64,000 nucleotides of DNA from Octopus bimaculoides (GCF_001194135.2 NC_069008.1:10759083-10823082); one strand, 5' to 3'; shown: positions 1 to 12,451, counted from the stretch's first letter. Numbers and translations: made by a program. The notes: generated by a model from the letters alone, not told the origin.

Positions 1-960
1 GACAGATGCCAGTCCATTGACCCCGCCCCGGGTGGGCATGAGCAGGGGAACCTCTCAGTAGAGTGCAACTGGAGGAGACTGGCTGTAGATGTGACGCACT
101 ACCGTCAGGAAATGTATCTCAGCATGATCGACTGCGGGCCGGGCTGAGAACAGGTACTGCCGATGAGATTGGCCGCATTCTGAACGGGATATTCTTGGAG
201 AGGGGTCCTGTGGAAGAACTGCTAATGGACAACGGGGCGGCGTTTCGTTCGGAAGCGTTGGGAGAGATGCTTGACCGGTGGAAAGTGCGACGATTGTTTA
301 GAGCGGCGTATAGACCGAGTGGCAACGGAATCGTTGAGAGGCACCATCAGACGATCAAGGCCATGGCTGAAAGGGGGCACATTTCGCCCCTGGAAGTGGT
401 CTACTGGTACAATATGTCTCCCCGATCCGNNNNNNNNNNNNNNNNNNNNNNNNNNNNNNNNNNNNNNNNNNNNNNNNNNNNNNNNNNNNNNNNNNNNNNN
501 NNNNNNNNNNNNNNNNNNNNNNNNNNNNNNNNNNNNNNNNNNNNNNNNNNNNNNNNNNNNNNNNNNNNNNNNNNNNNNNNNNNNNNNNNNNNNNNNNNNN
601 NNNNNNNNNNNNNNNNNNNNNNNNNNNNNNNNNNNNNNNNNNNNNNNNNNNNNNNNNNNNNNNNNNNNNNNNNNNNNNNNNNNNNNNNNNNNNNNNNNNN
701 NNNNNNNNNNNNNNNNNNNNNNNNNNNNNNNNNNNNNNNNNNNNNNNNNNNNNNNNNNNNNNNNNNNNNNNNNNNNNNNNNNNNNNNNNNNNNNNNNNNN
801 NNNNNNNNNNNNNNNNNNNNNNNNNNGTGGTATGACGTCAGTGTCTGGGGAGGCTGACCGGAAGGGCGAGTCGACCGGAAGGGGAAACAGGGCAGAGGGA
901 GCCTCGATCGGCGTTCGTGCCCTTTTCGAACGGGGCTGCGGTCAGGACAAGACGTGTTAA
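1..960 (+). mobile_element. Ty3/Gypsy-like LTR retrotransposon integrase fragment (interrupted by an assembly gap)
   Basis: The ORF at 63 reads GPVEELLMDNGAAFRS...AAYRPSGNGIVERHHQTIK, matching the second D and the E of an rve integrase DDE core. The segment is GC-rich relative to its flanks. Confidence 0.8.
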
Positions 961-1351
961 GCGACGGTCTAGGTTTGGGAAGGTTTGGGAGAAGCAGCTG
1001 CTATACCTGGTGTACCTTGGGTCGGGGCAAGCTTCAAGGGTCGGATACCGCAAGACGGACTCGCAGTCGAGGAAAGGAAAACCGAGGTAAGGCGATTACA
1101 TCTACTCGTACGCACACACCACATATACCACCCTCTGTATTCACTTTGTGCTTTTCCACCATACTATGACCAGAATTATCAATGACCACATTGAATTCAT
1201 GTCCTTTTCTAAGTGAAAATTAACAATGAAATTTTAACTTCATATTTTGTAACAATTATCTGACCTACTCCTATCGCCTTTTATATGATTTTTAACATAC
1301 CTCAACTTATGGTGCTCAAGTGCAGTGAACTAGAATAAGGGTTACTGTTCA

Positions 1352-1680
1352 GTAAATTTGTAGTAAAATTGATTTATAGCAGTCTTCTTTGTAATGAATA
1401 TGACTTACAGCTATGTTTATTGCTGTAAATTTGACTTACAGCTCTTTGGACTGTTGCAAGTTTGACTTTCAGCTCTTCTTGTTTGTTGTAAATTTCACTG
1501 ACATTTGTTATTATAGTACATTTGATTTGCAGGTATCCTTATTGCAGTAAATTTGGTTACGCTTTCTTTATTGTAGAAAATTTGACTTACAGCTGTTTTT
1601 ATTGTAGTAAATTTGATTTATAGCTATCTTTATTTTAGTTAATTTGACTTACAAATATCTGTATTGTAGTAAATTTGTTC
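1352..1680. repeat. Degenerate ~30-bp minisatellite, about 10 copies
   Basis: Recurring unit close to TTATTGTAGTAAATTTGACTTACAGCTATCT. Confidence 0.8.
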
Positions 1681-1801
1681 ATTACCAATCTAAACAATAT
1701 TGTTAGCCTGGTGTACTAACAGAGTGCTTTTAAATATTTTGCCTGGATTGATAATCCTTTAATCCCCCACCAATAACTGTATGTGTGTGTGTGTGTGTGT
1801 G

Positions 1802-2255
1802 TACACAAAGGTAGGCTATAAAGTTCATTGGCCAATTATCAAGGAGTGATGCTAAAGCTGAGATATCTTGCAAAGTGTTAATTTCAACCCTGCTTATTCG
1901 TAACTGCTTTGTTTCTTTGTTTCTTTCCAGATAAACTGATATCTGACTTCATTATTAAATAGTTGTGACTTCTCTTGAAAATGGACAAAACTTGGCATTG
2001 TAGTGCTTTCAGGTACCTGCAGAAAAAGTGTTTAGCCTCCAAGGACATTCAGGCTGATATCGTTACTGCATCATAGGGATGATGACAACTTATCTGCTGT
2101 TGATGACGTCTTTGATGAGCAAATTGAAAGCTTCTTCACCAATGAGCTCCAAACACTGCAATACCAATGGAAAAAATGTGTGAACCACAAGAGGGATTAT
2201 GTTGAAAAGTAAACCTCTCATATGATCACATTCCAAGTATCTTGGTTGGATCCTG
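1802..2255 (+). mobile_element. Internally deleted mariner (MITE-like)
   Basis: A TIR-like 5' end (aaggtaggctataaagttcattggc) is followed by the transposase N-terminus MDKTWHCSAFRYLQKKCLASKDIQAD joined to the C-terminus LQYQWKKCVNHKRDYVEK*. It is the same family as 8234-9138. Confidence 0.7.
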
Positions 2256-2970
2256 TTCAAAACGGGGGCACCAGTATTTTCTTAACGAAACACTTTGAAA
2301 CTTGGGACACTGGTAGATTGTGTCATATAAAACATTTTTTTTCTCTTAGTCTTCTTAACAAAAAAAACGTACATCGCAAGTTATTTCATGTTAAAGTTGT
2401 CGTATTTCTGTAATTTCAACCAATGACTGACGTCCATTCAGCCGTAAAAATTAAGTGCTGACTACGTAAACAAACGATTCTCGGCGGTGATAAAATTATT
2501 ATTTCCTTGTCAAAAAATGGCTGAAGCATATTGGCAGTAGCTAATAAACCTTTCTATTATAGGCACAAGGCATGGTTTTTGAGGGANNNNNNNNNNNNNN
2601 NNNNNNNNNNNNNNNNNNNNNNNNNNNNNNNNNNNNNNNNNNNNNNNNNNNNNNNNNNNNNNNNNNNNNNNNNNNNNNNNNNNNNNNNNNNNNNNNNNNN
2701 NNNNNNNNNNNNNNNNNNNNNNNNNNNNNNNNNNNNNNNNNNNNNNNNNNNNNNNNNNNNNNNNNNNNNNNNNNNNNNNNNNNNNNNNNNNNNNNNNNNN
2801 NNNNNNNNNNNNNNNNNNNNNNNNNNNNNNNNNNNNNNNNNNNNNNNNNNNNNNNNNNNNNNNNNNNNNNNNNNNNNNNNNNNNNNNNNNNNNNNNNNNN
2901 NNNNNNNNNNNNNNNNNNNNNNNNNNNNNNNNNNNNNNNNNNNNNNNNNNNNNNNNNNNNNNNNNNNNNN

Positions 2971-3018
<48 letters not shown>

Positions 3019-3363
3019 ACACACACACACTTGGGTCGAATGAATTTGAGAGGAGTGAACAATACATGGTATAAAATATGACCTTTATTGAAACTGAACA
3101 TTTATCCATCTCATCACAATCTGTAGAGTTGTGGCCTGAGGACCATGAAGGCATCAGCCATGAGCTATGCGATACACTTTCCGTTTTAGTAAGATATGTA
3201 TTTTAGGGGATGTAAAATGCAAAAGTGGGCATCTGAATGTAGTAGTGTTATAGTGAGAGTCATTGACACCCCTAGTGGATTGGAGAATGGACTAGCCAAA
3301 CTCTTATGGAGAGTAGTGGTCAATAGTAGTCAAAGAGAGTGTTTTTGGTAGAGATTTTCCAAT

Positions 3364-3579
3364 ATGAAAAATGTAATAAGGATTAAACTGGCCGACAAAG
3401 AGGAGAATCGAAATGAGAAAGTGGTGTTGTTGGAGGATGATAGAGCAGGAATGGTGAAGGAAATATTTGGAGACAGAATAGATACACCAGAACTTCGATT
3501 TCGGTACGATGATTTGACATCAGTGATAACATTTGAAGATTTGATGAAATATTTGGTTGTGAATAAGATACAGGACTGA
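3364..3579 (+). CDS. Hypothetical 71-aa ORF inside the 5' LTR only
   Basis: Uninterrupted ATG-to-TGA ORF (MKNVIRIKLADKEEN...VVNKIQD) in a segment absent from the 3' LTR. No homology recognised. Confidence 0.25.
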   Translation: MKNVIRIKLADKEENRNEKVVLLEDDRAGMVKEIFGDRIDTPELRFRYDDLTSVITFEDLMKYLVVNKIQD

Positions 3580-3959
3580 TAAGTAATTGCTTTATTAAAA
3601 AAAAAACAGTAAAATGGAACTACCTACTTTGTGGGGTAGGAAAGCCATTCCCTTCTCATTTCATTTATATTTATATTTCATTCGTTATACGTTTTTATAT
3701 ACCCCATGTATTGTTTGTCTGTCCTTGTGGTGTCCCCTCTCTATAAAGGCCATGTGCCTAAATAAAAGAAATGAGAGTGCTTTTGGTAGACTCGCGAAGT
3801 ACGTCGTGTGAACACATTGATAAAACCTCCGCTGCATAATTTTATATACACCAACTTGTGGCAGGATATAAAAATGGCAACGAGATATTTAAATTTTTCT
3901 TTTTTATTTTTGGTACGAAACCAAAGAAAATATTATTTAACATGGAAGAATTGTTGGCT

Positions 3960-4851
3960 CGCGTGGTGCAGTTGCAACAGCAACAATAGCAGTTACGACA
4001 ACAGCTACAACAGCAGCAACAAGAATAGCAGTTACAACAACAACTACAACAGCAGCTACAACAACAACAATTATTGGAAGTAATGTTGAAGTCTGAAAAT
4101 ACTTTAGGTTCATTCTCGTAGCAAACTCAACTGGAGAATTTATTTATAACCCAGAAGAAGGTGCTACTTTTTCTTCATATTTTCGAAGAATCGAAGAAAT
4201 CTTCAAAGAAGAGTGTAAAAATTGGAATGATGAGAAGAAGATGCGACTACTTTTAAGAAAGTTATCCCCTGCCGAAAACGAAAAATACCATAACTATATT
4301 CTGCCAAAGAAACCAGGTGAGATTCGTTTTGCTGAAACAGTTAATTTGTTATCGAGAACTTTCAGTGAAAGAAGTTCCCTGTTCAATACTCTTTGACAAT
4401 GTTTAAATTTAGTTAGAAAAGATGAAGATTTCATCACCTGTGCTGGGGTTGTAAAGAAAGAATGTGAAAAATTCAAATTAAATTAATTAACTCCGGATTT
4501 GTTGAAGGCTTAACAGTAAGAAAAGATGCTGATATACGTTCCTGTATATTAACAAAATTAGAACAAGACCAAAAATTAGCTCTACAGGCAGTGGCTGTAA
4601 ATTTAAGGCATGACACGGATAAAATTGAAGAAAAAGATTGCTCTCAGATACATGCATGTCGTCCTGAAACGGAGAAGAAAAAAGAAAAACGAATCTCTAG
4701 GTCAAATCCATACAATGGGTGTGGAGGTTTACATTTTAAAAGTAATTGTCCTTTTAAATATCGTAAATGTTTTGATTGTGAAAAAATCGGACATAAAAGC
4801 TTACACTGCATAGTGAAACGAAAAAAAAAAAAAGAGTTTAGAAAATGCTAG
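3960..4851 (+). pseudogene. gag: Gypsy gag (poly-Q N-terminus, capsid-like region, two CCHC-type zinc knuckles), disrupted
   Basis: EFIYNPEEGATFSSYFRRIEEIFKEEC...KMRLLLRKL and GCGGLHFKSNCPFKYRKCFDCEKIGHKSLHC are present, with stops and frameshifts. Confidence 0.8.
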
Positions 4852-4899
4852 AAAGAATGTATTGCTTAAAGAAAATTCAAAGTGTGGTTTAGAAAAGAA

Positions 4900-7800
4900 A
4901 ATCTGTGTCCATAAAAATGAATAACGTGACTATCAAATTACAATTGGATACAGGTAGTGATATCATGGTAATTAATACAAAATCATGGTAATTAATACAA
5001 AATGGGGAAACCTTGATTAAAGGAAACTTCGAAAATTGCACGAGGTAATTCAGGAAAAAAATTGCATTTTATGGGTGAAATGATAAGTGATGTTACATTT
5101 CGTGGAAAAACCTTGAAAGCCAAAGTTTTTGTATTGAAAAATACAACAAATTTATTTGGAACAGACTAGATGGAATTATTTAACTCACGGGATCTACTCA
5201 TAAATATTTTTTGTAAGAGTGTAAATGGTTCTTCCACCAGTACGAATAAGGCATCGGAGGATTTAAAAAAAGAATTTTAAAATTCCCTGAAGTTTTTTCT
5301 GAGGAATTGGGTCCTTGCACCAAAACCGAGGCAAAGTTTCAAGTGAAAGAAAATGCTATACAGTATTTAAACCAAAAATAATGCTACCTTTTGCAGCGTT
5401 GAAACAAGTCAACGAAGAATTGGATAGACTTTAAAAGTTGGCGTTATTGAAAAAATTGATTATTCAAAATGGGCATCCCCAACACCTTATGTCAAGAAAA
5501 AAAACACATCAATATCCAAGTATGCGCTGATTCCTCAACGGGAATAAATAAATGTTTGGTATCATATGATTACCCGTTACCAAGTCCGGAAGAAATTTTC
5601 GCGAAGTTGAATGGAGTTTTCAAAGTTGGACGTATATGAAGCATATTTGCAGGCAAAAGTCGATGAGGAATGTTCAAAATTATTGACAATAAATATCCGT
5701 AAAGGGTTGTATAAATTTAATCGACTCCCTTTTGTCATAAAAGGTAGAATCGTTTTTCCCAACAAACTATGAGTATTATGCTCGCAGGTTCGGATTTCAC
5801 TGTAGCTTACCTTGACGACATACTCATAAAAAGTGAATCTCGATGTCAGTATGCTGAGCATGTTAAAAAGGTCTTCGAACGAATAAAAGAGTATGGTTTT
5901 AAGCTCAGTGAGGAAAAGTGTGATTTTTTTATGCCAAGAATAAAATATATAGGGCAGATTATTGATGAAAATGAACGTAGACCAGACCCATCTAGGGTGA
6001 GTGCAATAAAAAATATGCCTTCCACAACAATCATTATAACGTTACAAGCATTTTTGGGGCTTGCAAATTCCTACCAGGCATACATACAAATACGCGTGAT
6101 TTAAGAGCACCCCCGAATAACTTATTTAAAAAATACGTGAAGTGGAACTGGTCGGACAAATGCCTAAAAGCTTTTGAAAAAATTAAAAACGTCTTAATGC
6201 CAGAATTGTCATTATCACAATTTGACCTGAATTTGGAAATCGTAGTGGCATCAGATTGGTTGTGAAAGTGGTGTTGGAGCTGTGATTTTACACAAGTATG
6301 AAGGTGGTAACTTGAAAGCAGTAGCTCATGATTCACGTTCATTATTTTAGGTTGAGAAAAGTTACAATCAAATAGAAAAAGAGGCATTAGCCATCATATT
6401 TGCGGTAAAAAAATTCCATAAATTCATACATGAAAGAAGGTTTCATCTGCAGACAGACCACCGCCATTATTGTCGATTTATGGATAAAAAAAGGCTATCT
6501 CCACTCATACAGCCAACAGATTTCAGCGCTGAGGAACAATCCTACTGAAATATGACTTCAAAATAGAGTATTTGCCATTGGAAAAATTGGGACATGCAGA
6601 TAGTTTGGCAAGTTTAACAGCAAAATACAGTGAACCACTAGGAGACACAGTAACAGCAGCGTTAAAAGCTGAAAATGAAATAAAAAATATATTGAGCAAT
6701 GTTGTGCGTGAATTGCCCGTGGCATTGGACGAAATAAAAATTAAGGCAGAGATGGACAAGTTTATGAGAAAAATGAAAAAATAGTGAGATCAGAAGAAAC
6801 AAATAAAAAATACGTGTGGCTGGACGTAACAATTTCGAATTTGTATTCGATATGCGATAGTCTGCTTATGTATGCACAGAGGGTCGTAATGCCTATCTCA
6901 CTACAAAGTCGAATGTTAAAGGAATTCCACGCTGGACATCCAGGAATTTCTAGAATGAAGTCGCTCATGACAAGTTATGCTTGCCGACCTAAAATGGATC
7001 TAGATATCAAGAAGTTGGTAAAATCTTGCAGGGGGTGTGCTCTTGCACCGAAATCACCACCTATAAGATTTCAGCCTTGGCCTAAAACCGATTTTCCATG
7101 GTCTAGACTACACATAGACTTTACAGCACCGTTAAACTGATCATGTTATCTATTAGTGATAGATAGCTATACAAAATGGCCAGAAATGTGTAAATGTAGC
7201 AAACCGACATCCACAGTAACAGTGGAATTTCTACACGAACTTTTCGTTGGGTATCGTGTCCTGGATATCATAGTCTCCGATAATGATACACAATTCGCAG
7301 TGAATGAATTTAAGAAATTTTGCAAGATGTACTCAGTTGAACATATTACTACTCCTCCGTATCACCCAAAATCTAACGGGCAAGCGGAAAAGGCTCGTGG
7401 ATACATTTAAAAGAGCATTAAAGAAATCAAGAAACGCGCAATTCGATGACACAGCATTGACACAATTCTTGAGAGTTTATAGGATAACACCAAACCCAAA
7501 CGCTTTTACAAGCAAGTCACCTGTGGAATTAATGTTTGCTTGAAGAATAAAGTCAATTTTCGACAAGCTGCAACCAGTAAGTAAAAACAAATAAGGAAAA
7601 CACTAATAATACAACAAAGATTTTAATATCGGTGACAAGGTGTTTTTCAAAATATATGAAAATGGAACACAAGCTTGGGAAGACAGAGTAGTAACAAATA
7701 GAATAGGCAAAAATGACATATATGTATGATATGAGGCAAAAAACGGGAACACAAAAGGCATTTAAACCAGCTAAAAAATAGATATACGAGAAGAAGAAAA

Positions 7801-7900
7801 GAAATACCCATGGAAGTGATTTATAACACCTTTGATGTTCCAACGCCACAAGAAATTGAACTTAGTCGTAGCAGTATAAGAAAGAGGAAACAAACAGAAC
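4900..7900 (+). pseudogene. pol: Gypsy pol (protease, RT, RNase H, integrase), disrupted
   Basis: Protease LQLDTGSDI, RT AYLDDILI and KYIGQII, RNase H VASD and YNQIEKEALAIIFAVKKFHKF, integrase FHAGHPGISRMKSL, DSYTKWPE, VSDNDTQF and PPYHPKSNGQAE. Many stops. Confidence 0.9.
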
Positions 7901-8233
7901 GGTTGGAAATTGTGCCTAAATGGAAGAAATATTAAACTTCCCAAGGAAGAAAATCGCAAAAACGGAGATGTGATGAAAGAAAAATAAATAAAATTAAAAA
8001 TATTAATTTCAAATGGAAATCAATCTCAAAGGGGGAGATGTTGTGGCGAGAGTCATTGACACCCCTGGTGGATTGGAGACTGGACTAGTCTAATTCTTAT
8101 AAAGAGTAGTGGTTGGTAGTAGTTTGAGAGAGTGTTTTTGATAGTCTTTCAAAGTACATCGTGTGAACACATTGATGAAACCTCTACTGCATAATTTTAT
8201 ATATACTAACCCGTGGCAGGATATAGAAAGTAG

Positions 8234-9138
8234 GGAAAGGGAGATTCTTGAATGTCCAGCAACTGCTGCCCCTGAGAAAAAACATTGATTATGTTCACCA
8301 TATGGTGATGGATGACTATAAATCAAATAGCCAATGCTATTAGCATATTCCATGAGACAGTTGAAAATATTCTGCACAATGAACTAGACATGATGAAGGT
8401 TTCTACTCAGTAGGTGGACATCTGACACCTGATGAAAGGCACATCAGAAAAAATCTGACTTTGTTTGAGGTAGATCCAGCTTGTTTCCTTGAACATTTCC
8501 TAAACCAGAATGAATGTTGGTTTCATCAATTTGAGACAGAGACAAAATGAATCCATGCAGTGAAAATACCACTCCTCACCTGCTCTAAAGAAGGCCAAAG
8601 TCATTTCATTTGCAGGGAAGGTTATGACCTCAGTTTTTTGGGATGTGAAAGACCTTGTGCTTGTTGACTATCTTCAAAATGGCCACACCCCCAATGGAAA
8701 GTAACTTGTTGGGGCAGTTACAAAAAGCTATCAAAACCAAACACCCAGGATAACTGATGAAAGGAGTCTTCTTTCATCAGCACAATGCTCCAATACACGT
8801 CTTTGGTTTCAATAGATGCTTTGAACTGTGGCTTTGAACTTGTTGATTACCATTTGTATTCTCCTCATTTGGCCCCAGCTGAATATGATCTGTTCCTTAA
8901 CATGAAAAGCACTTGACTGGGAACCAGTATCACAGTGATGATGATGTCATATCTACCGTTCATGTCTTCTTTGACAAACTGGATGAAAGGTTCTTCACCA
9001 ATGGGATCCAAGCACTGCAGCATCAATGGAAGAAGTATGTGGACCACAAAGGGGAGACTATGTTGAAAAATAAACCTCATTTGGTCTCATACCAAGTGAG
9101 TATTTTGGTCAGCCTATGAACTTTTCAGCTGACCCATA
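8234..9138 (+). mobile_element. Mariner (DD34D) transposase relic; its 5' part lies at ~3190-3245, split by the Gypsy insertion
   Basis: QKWASECS (3218-3245) continues after the TSD as RERE...CPATAAPEKNIDYVHHMVMD. Later SPHLAPAEYDLF and FFTNGIQALQHQWKKYVD appear, with a 3' TIR cagcctatgaacttttcagctgaccc. Confidence 0.8.
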
Positions 9139-9196
9139 TGTGTGTGTGTTTGTGTGTGTGTGTACACACACACACACACACACACTAATTGTGACT

Positions 9197-9850
9197 GTAT
9201 ATGCTATAAGCGCATATATTGCTCGAAATAGGGGTTAAATCACTTATAGCTGCGTAAAAGCACATTTGTATATTCTGACAGGGGAAGATAACTGCTTCAT
9301 GAGTGAAGTGAAGCTAGAACACTAGGCTGCACAGTTTCATGCTAATGGGAACTGACAACAGTTGCCTCCATCGTTGCTTTGGACAGTTAAATTTCTCTAC
9401 CAGTATATGTATTTGCCTTATATGTTTATGGCTGATTAATGAAATGCCAAATTGTATAGTATAAATTAATGTGGGCGGCTGGGTGCAATATAAACTGTAT
9501 AGGCAAAATTTAATTTTCACTAAATGTGATTCTATGTGCTACAAGCACATATATGGCTAGAAGTAAGAGTTAAACCACTTATAACTGCATAAAAGCACAT
9601 TTATTGCACCCAGCTGCCCACATTAATTTTGTACTATACAATTTGGCATTTCACTTAATCAGCCATAAATACATATGGGAAATATATATACTGAGAGAGG
9701 GAATTAACTATTCCATAGAAGCAATGGAGGCAATTGTCAACAATTCCCATTAGAATGAAACTGTGCAGTCCGGTGTTCTAGCCTCACTTCAATCATGAAG
9801 CAGTTATCTTATCCTGTCAGTAAATATAAATGTGCTTTTATGCAGCTATA
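9197..9850. repeat. Long imperfect palindrome (arms 9245-9490 and 9602-9850) with a ~70-bp direct repeat (9197-9267 / 9532-9601)
   Basis: The arms are reverse complements (tatagctgcgtaaaagcacattt... / ...aaatgtgcttttatgcagctata). Confidence 0.85.
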
Positions 9851-9851
9851 G

Positions 9852-10215
9852 AGCTGGCAAAAATGTTAGCACCTTGGGTGAAATACTTAGCGGTATTTCA
9901 TCTGTCTTTACGTTCTGAGTTCAAATTCCGCCAAGGTCAACTTTGCCTTTCATCCTTTCGGGGTCGATAAATTAAGTACCAGTTATGCACTGGGGTCGAT
10001 ATAATCGACTTAATCCTTTCGTCTGTCCTTGTTTGTCCTGTCTATGTTTAGCCCCTTGTGGGCAATAAAGAAATAAGAAACATTAGCACGTTGGGCGAAA
10101 TACTTAGTGGTATTCTGCCGTAGTTGACTTTGCCTTTCATTCTTTTGGGGTCGATGAATTAAGTACCAGTTGCATACTGGGGTCGATCTAATCGACTTCC
10201 CCCACCTCCCCCAAA
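9852..10215 (+). mobile_element. Two tandem tRNA-derived SINEs, family 2 (others at 25270-25620 and 44985-45080 minus)
   Basis: gagctggca head, B-box-like GAGTTCAAATTCC, and a conserved body ctttgcctttcatcctttcggggtcgataaattaagtacca. Confidence 0.75.
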
Positions 10216-10907
10216 ATGTGCCTAGAGTAGAAAAGAATAATACACTAAGTCTATCAAAAATGGACAGCCTGTACATAATTACAAGGAGAATTGGAAACAC
10301 ATGACGGATGTTTGAATGAGTCTCTTTTTTACAAAGAGCTAAAACATGTGAAGATGAGTGGAAGTATGAACTCACTCACACAAACACATACTTACTCATG
10401 CACATGCACACACACACATGTATACAGGCATTGGTTTTCCTTTAGTTTGCCTCTACCAAATTTGCTCACAATGACCTGAGCCTATAGCACAGGGCATCAA
10501 CTGTCAGTGTCCTTAGGATGCAACTGAAGCTCTGAACATATGGATGTAAAGTGAACTTCTTAACCATACAACTAGGCCTGGATGATGATGATATATATGT
10601 GTGTGTGTGTTTATATATACATATATAATAACACGATTGGGTTGAGGATCACTACAGTTGCTTTAGACATGTTTTTAATTGATGAGTAAATCAGTTTTAT
10701 CATGTAAAAAAATCTGTTTTCTTCAAGGGAATTAAAAGTAAGACTTAGTGTTTAGGATTTTTCACACAAAGTATAGAACACATATTGACTCTCTCATGTT
10801 GGTGGTGGTTGAGTGGGATACATATGTGTTTTTATGTTTGTATGTCCGTGTGTGTGTATGGATCTGTTGGATCCTGCAAATAATTATGTATGTATATGTA
10901 TGTGTTG

Positions 10908-10978
10908 TTATTTACACCACCTGTCCTCGTCTGTTGTTGTTTTTTCGTATATTCTCCCATTTATATATATATATATAT
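10908..10978. repeat. Truncated PLE pseudo-LTR-like stub (related stubs at 18585-18680 and 41655-41735)
   Basis: Reverse complement of 18585-18640, and similar to the PLE terminus at 59765-59850. All abut (TA)n tracts. Confidence 0.5.
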
Positions 10979-11173
10979 NNNNNNNNNNNNNNNNNNNNNN
11001 NNNNNNNNNNNNNNNNNNNNNNNNNNNNNNNNNNNNNNNNNNNNNNNNNNNNNNNNNNNNNNNNNNNNNNNNNNNNNNNNNNNNNNNNNNNNNNNNNNNN
11101 NNNNNNNNNNNNNNNNNNNNNNNNNNNNNNNNNNNNNNNNNNNNNNNNNNNNNNNNNNNNNNNNNNNNNNNNN

Positions 11174-11204
<31 letters not shown>

Positions 11205-11294
11205 CATACATACATACATATATATATATATATATCCACACATACATATATGTATACATATATATATACATACATGCATACATACATACATGCA

Positions 11295-11327
<33 letters not shown>

Positions 11328-11360
11328 GCATGCATATATATATATATATATATGGTATAG

Positions 11361-11451
11361 AAACTTGATGAGAAGATTGCATCTAACCATAGCAACAAAC
11401 TCGGATTGAAGATAGCTGTACAGTTGTTATCTAAATTGATAAGGATGACAG
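11361..11451 (+). other. Weak candidate host exon (91 nt)
   Basis: AG acceptor, open frame [30 protein letters not shown], and CAG|GTAAAC donor. There is no polypyrimidine tract. Confidence 0.15.
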
Positions 11452-11640
11452 GTAAACATTACATCATCATCACCCCCATCACCACTAACACCACTACTCA
11501 CTACTACCTTCACCATCATCATCAATAGCATTGTCATTATCATCTGAATAAGAGCCTTTCAATATTGTTGATACATTCAGCATGGTTATTATTATTATTA
11601 TTATTATTATTTTTTTTTTTTTTTTTTTTTTTTTTAATTA

Positions 11641-11672
<32 letters not shown>

Positions 11673-12128
11673 TTTTTCTATTATTGTTGTTATTCTTGTT
11701 AGCATCATCATCTTCATCATCACTGTTATTATCACCCATCGTTATTTTAAAAAGGAGCAAACAATTCATTGCAATCACATCAACATGCACACACTTTTTC
11801 ATCCCCCCCCCCCCAGTTGTCACCATTATTGTCATCACCATCATTAAGACCATTATCATTAACATCACCACAGCTACAAACATTGCTAACAAGCAATAGC
11901 TTGGCACCACCTTGTCATTTTAGTAAAACTGTTATTTGCTAACTACAAATGACGACATACGTATGTGTGTATGTTTGCATTTATATGTATGTGAGTGTGT
12001 GTATGCTTGTTACCATGCAAGAACATTGAATTCCTTACTATATAGTTTGTGTCTGTACACACAGAAATACACATGCATACACACATATACTAACTATGCA
12101 TACATATATATACATGTAAGTAAATGTT

Positions 12129-12175
<47 letters not shown>

Positions 12176-12400
12176 GTATGTATGTATTTGTGTATGTATG
12201 AATAAATATATACTTATAAAGCAAACTCAAAAATAAATTTGTCATGTATTACAACAAGAAATATATTTTATTTTTTTCCTTTTCCCCAGCTATCGAAACC
12301 TTTCATGCAAATGTACCTGTATAGATACCTACATCCACATATACAGTCAATCCCTCAAAGACATATATCAGTATGCACATATACTCTCTTATATACATAC

Positions 12401-12451
<51 letters not shown>

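Larger units (their letters stand above)
3246..8228 (+). mobile_element. Full-length decayed Ty3/Gypsy (Mag-like) LTR retrotransposon
   Basis: LTRs lie at 3246-3873 and 8039-8228 (TGTT starts). AGTAG TSD at 3241-3245 and 8229-8233, PBS-like TGGCAACGAG at 3875-3884, PPT AAAGGGGGAGA at 8028-8038. gag-PR-RT-RH-IN order is recognisable. Confidence 0.92.

Noticed and set aside
955-1125. Possible 3' LTR of the first Gypsy fragment
   Set aside because: There is no second LTR in the window and no clear PPT or CA end.
2260-2590. Possible DNA transposon terminus truncating the mariner MITE
   Set aside because: The other end is lost in a gap, so no TIR pair or TSD can be verified.
8420-8770. CTGATGAAAG words at about 8430 and 8755
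   Set aside because: They lie inside mariner transposase coding sequence with no hammerhead stems.
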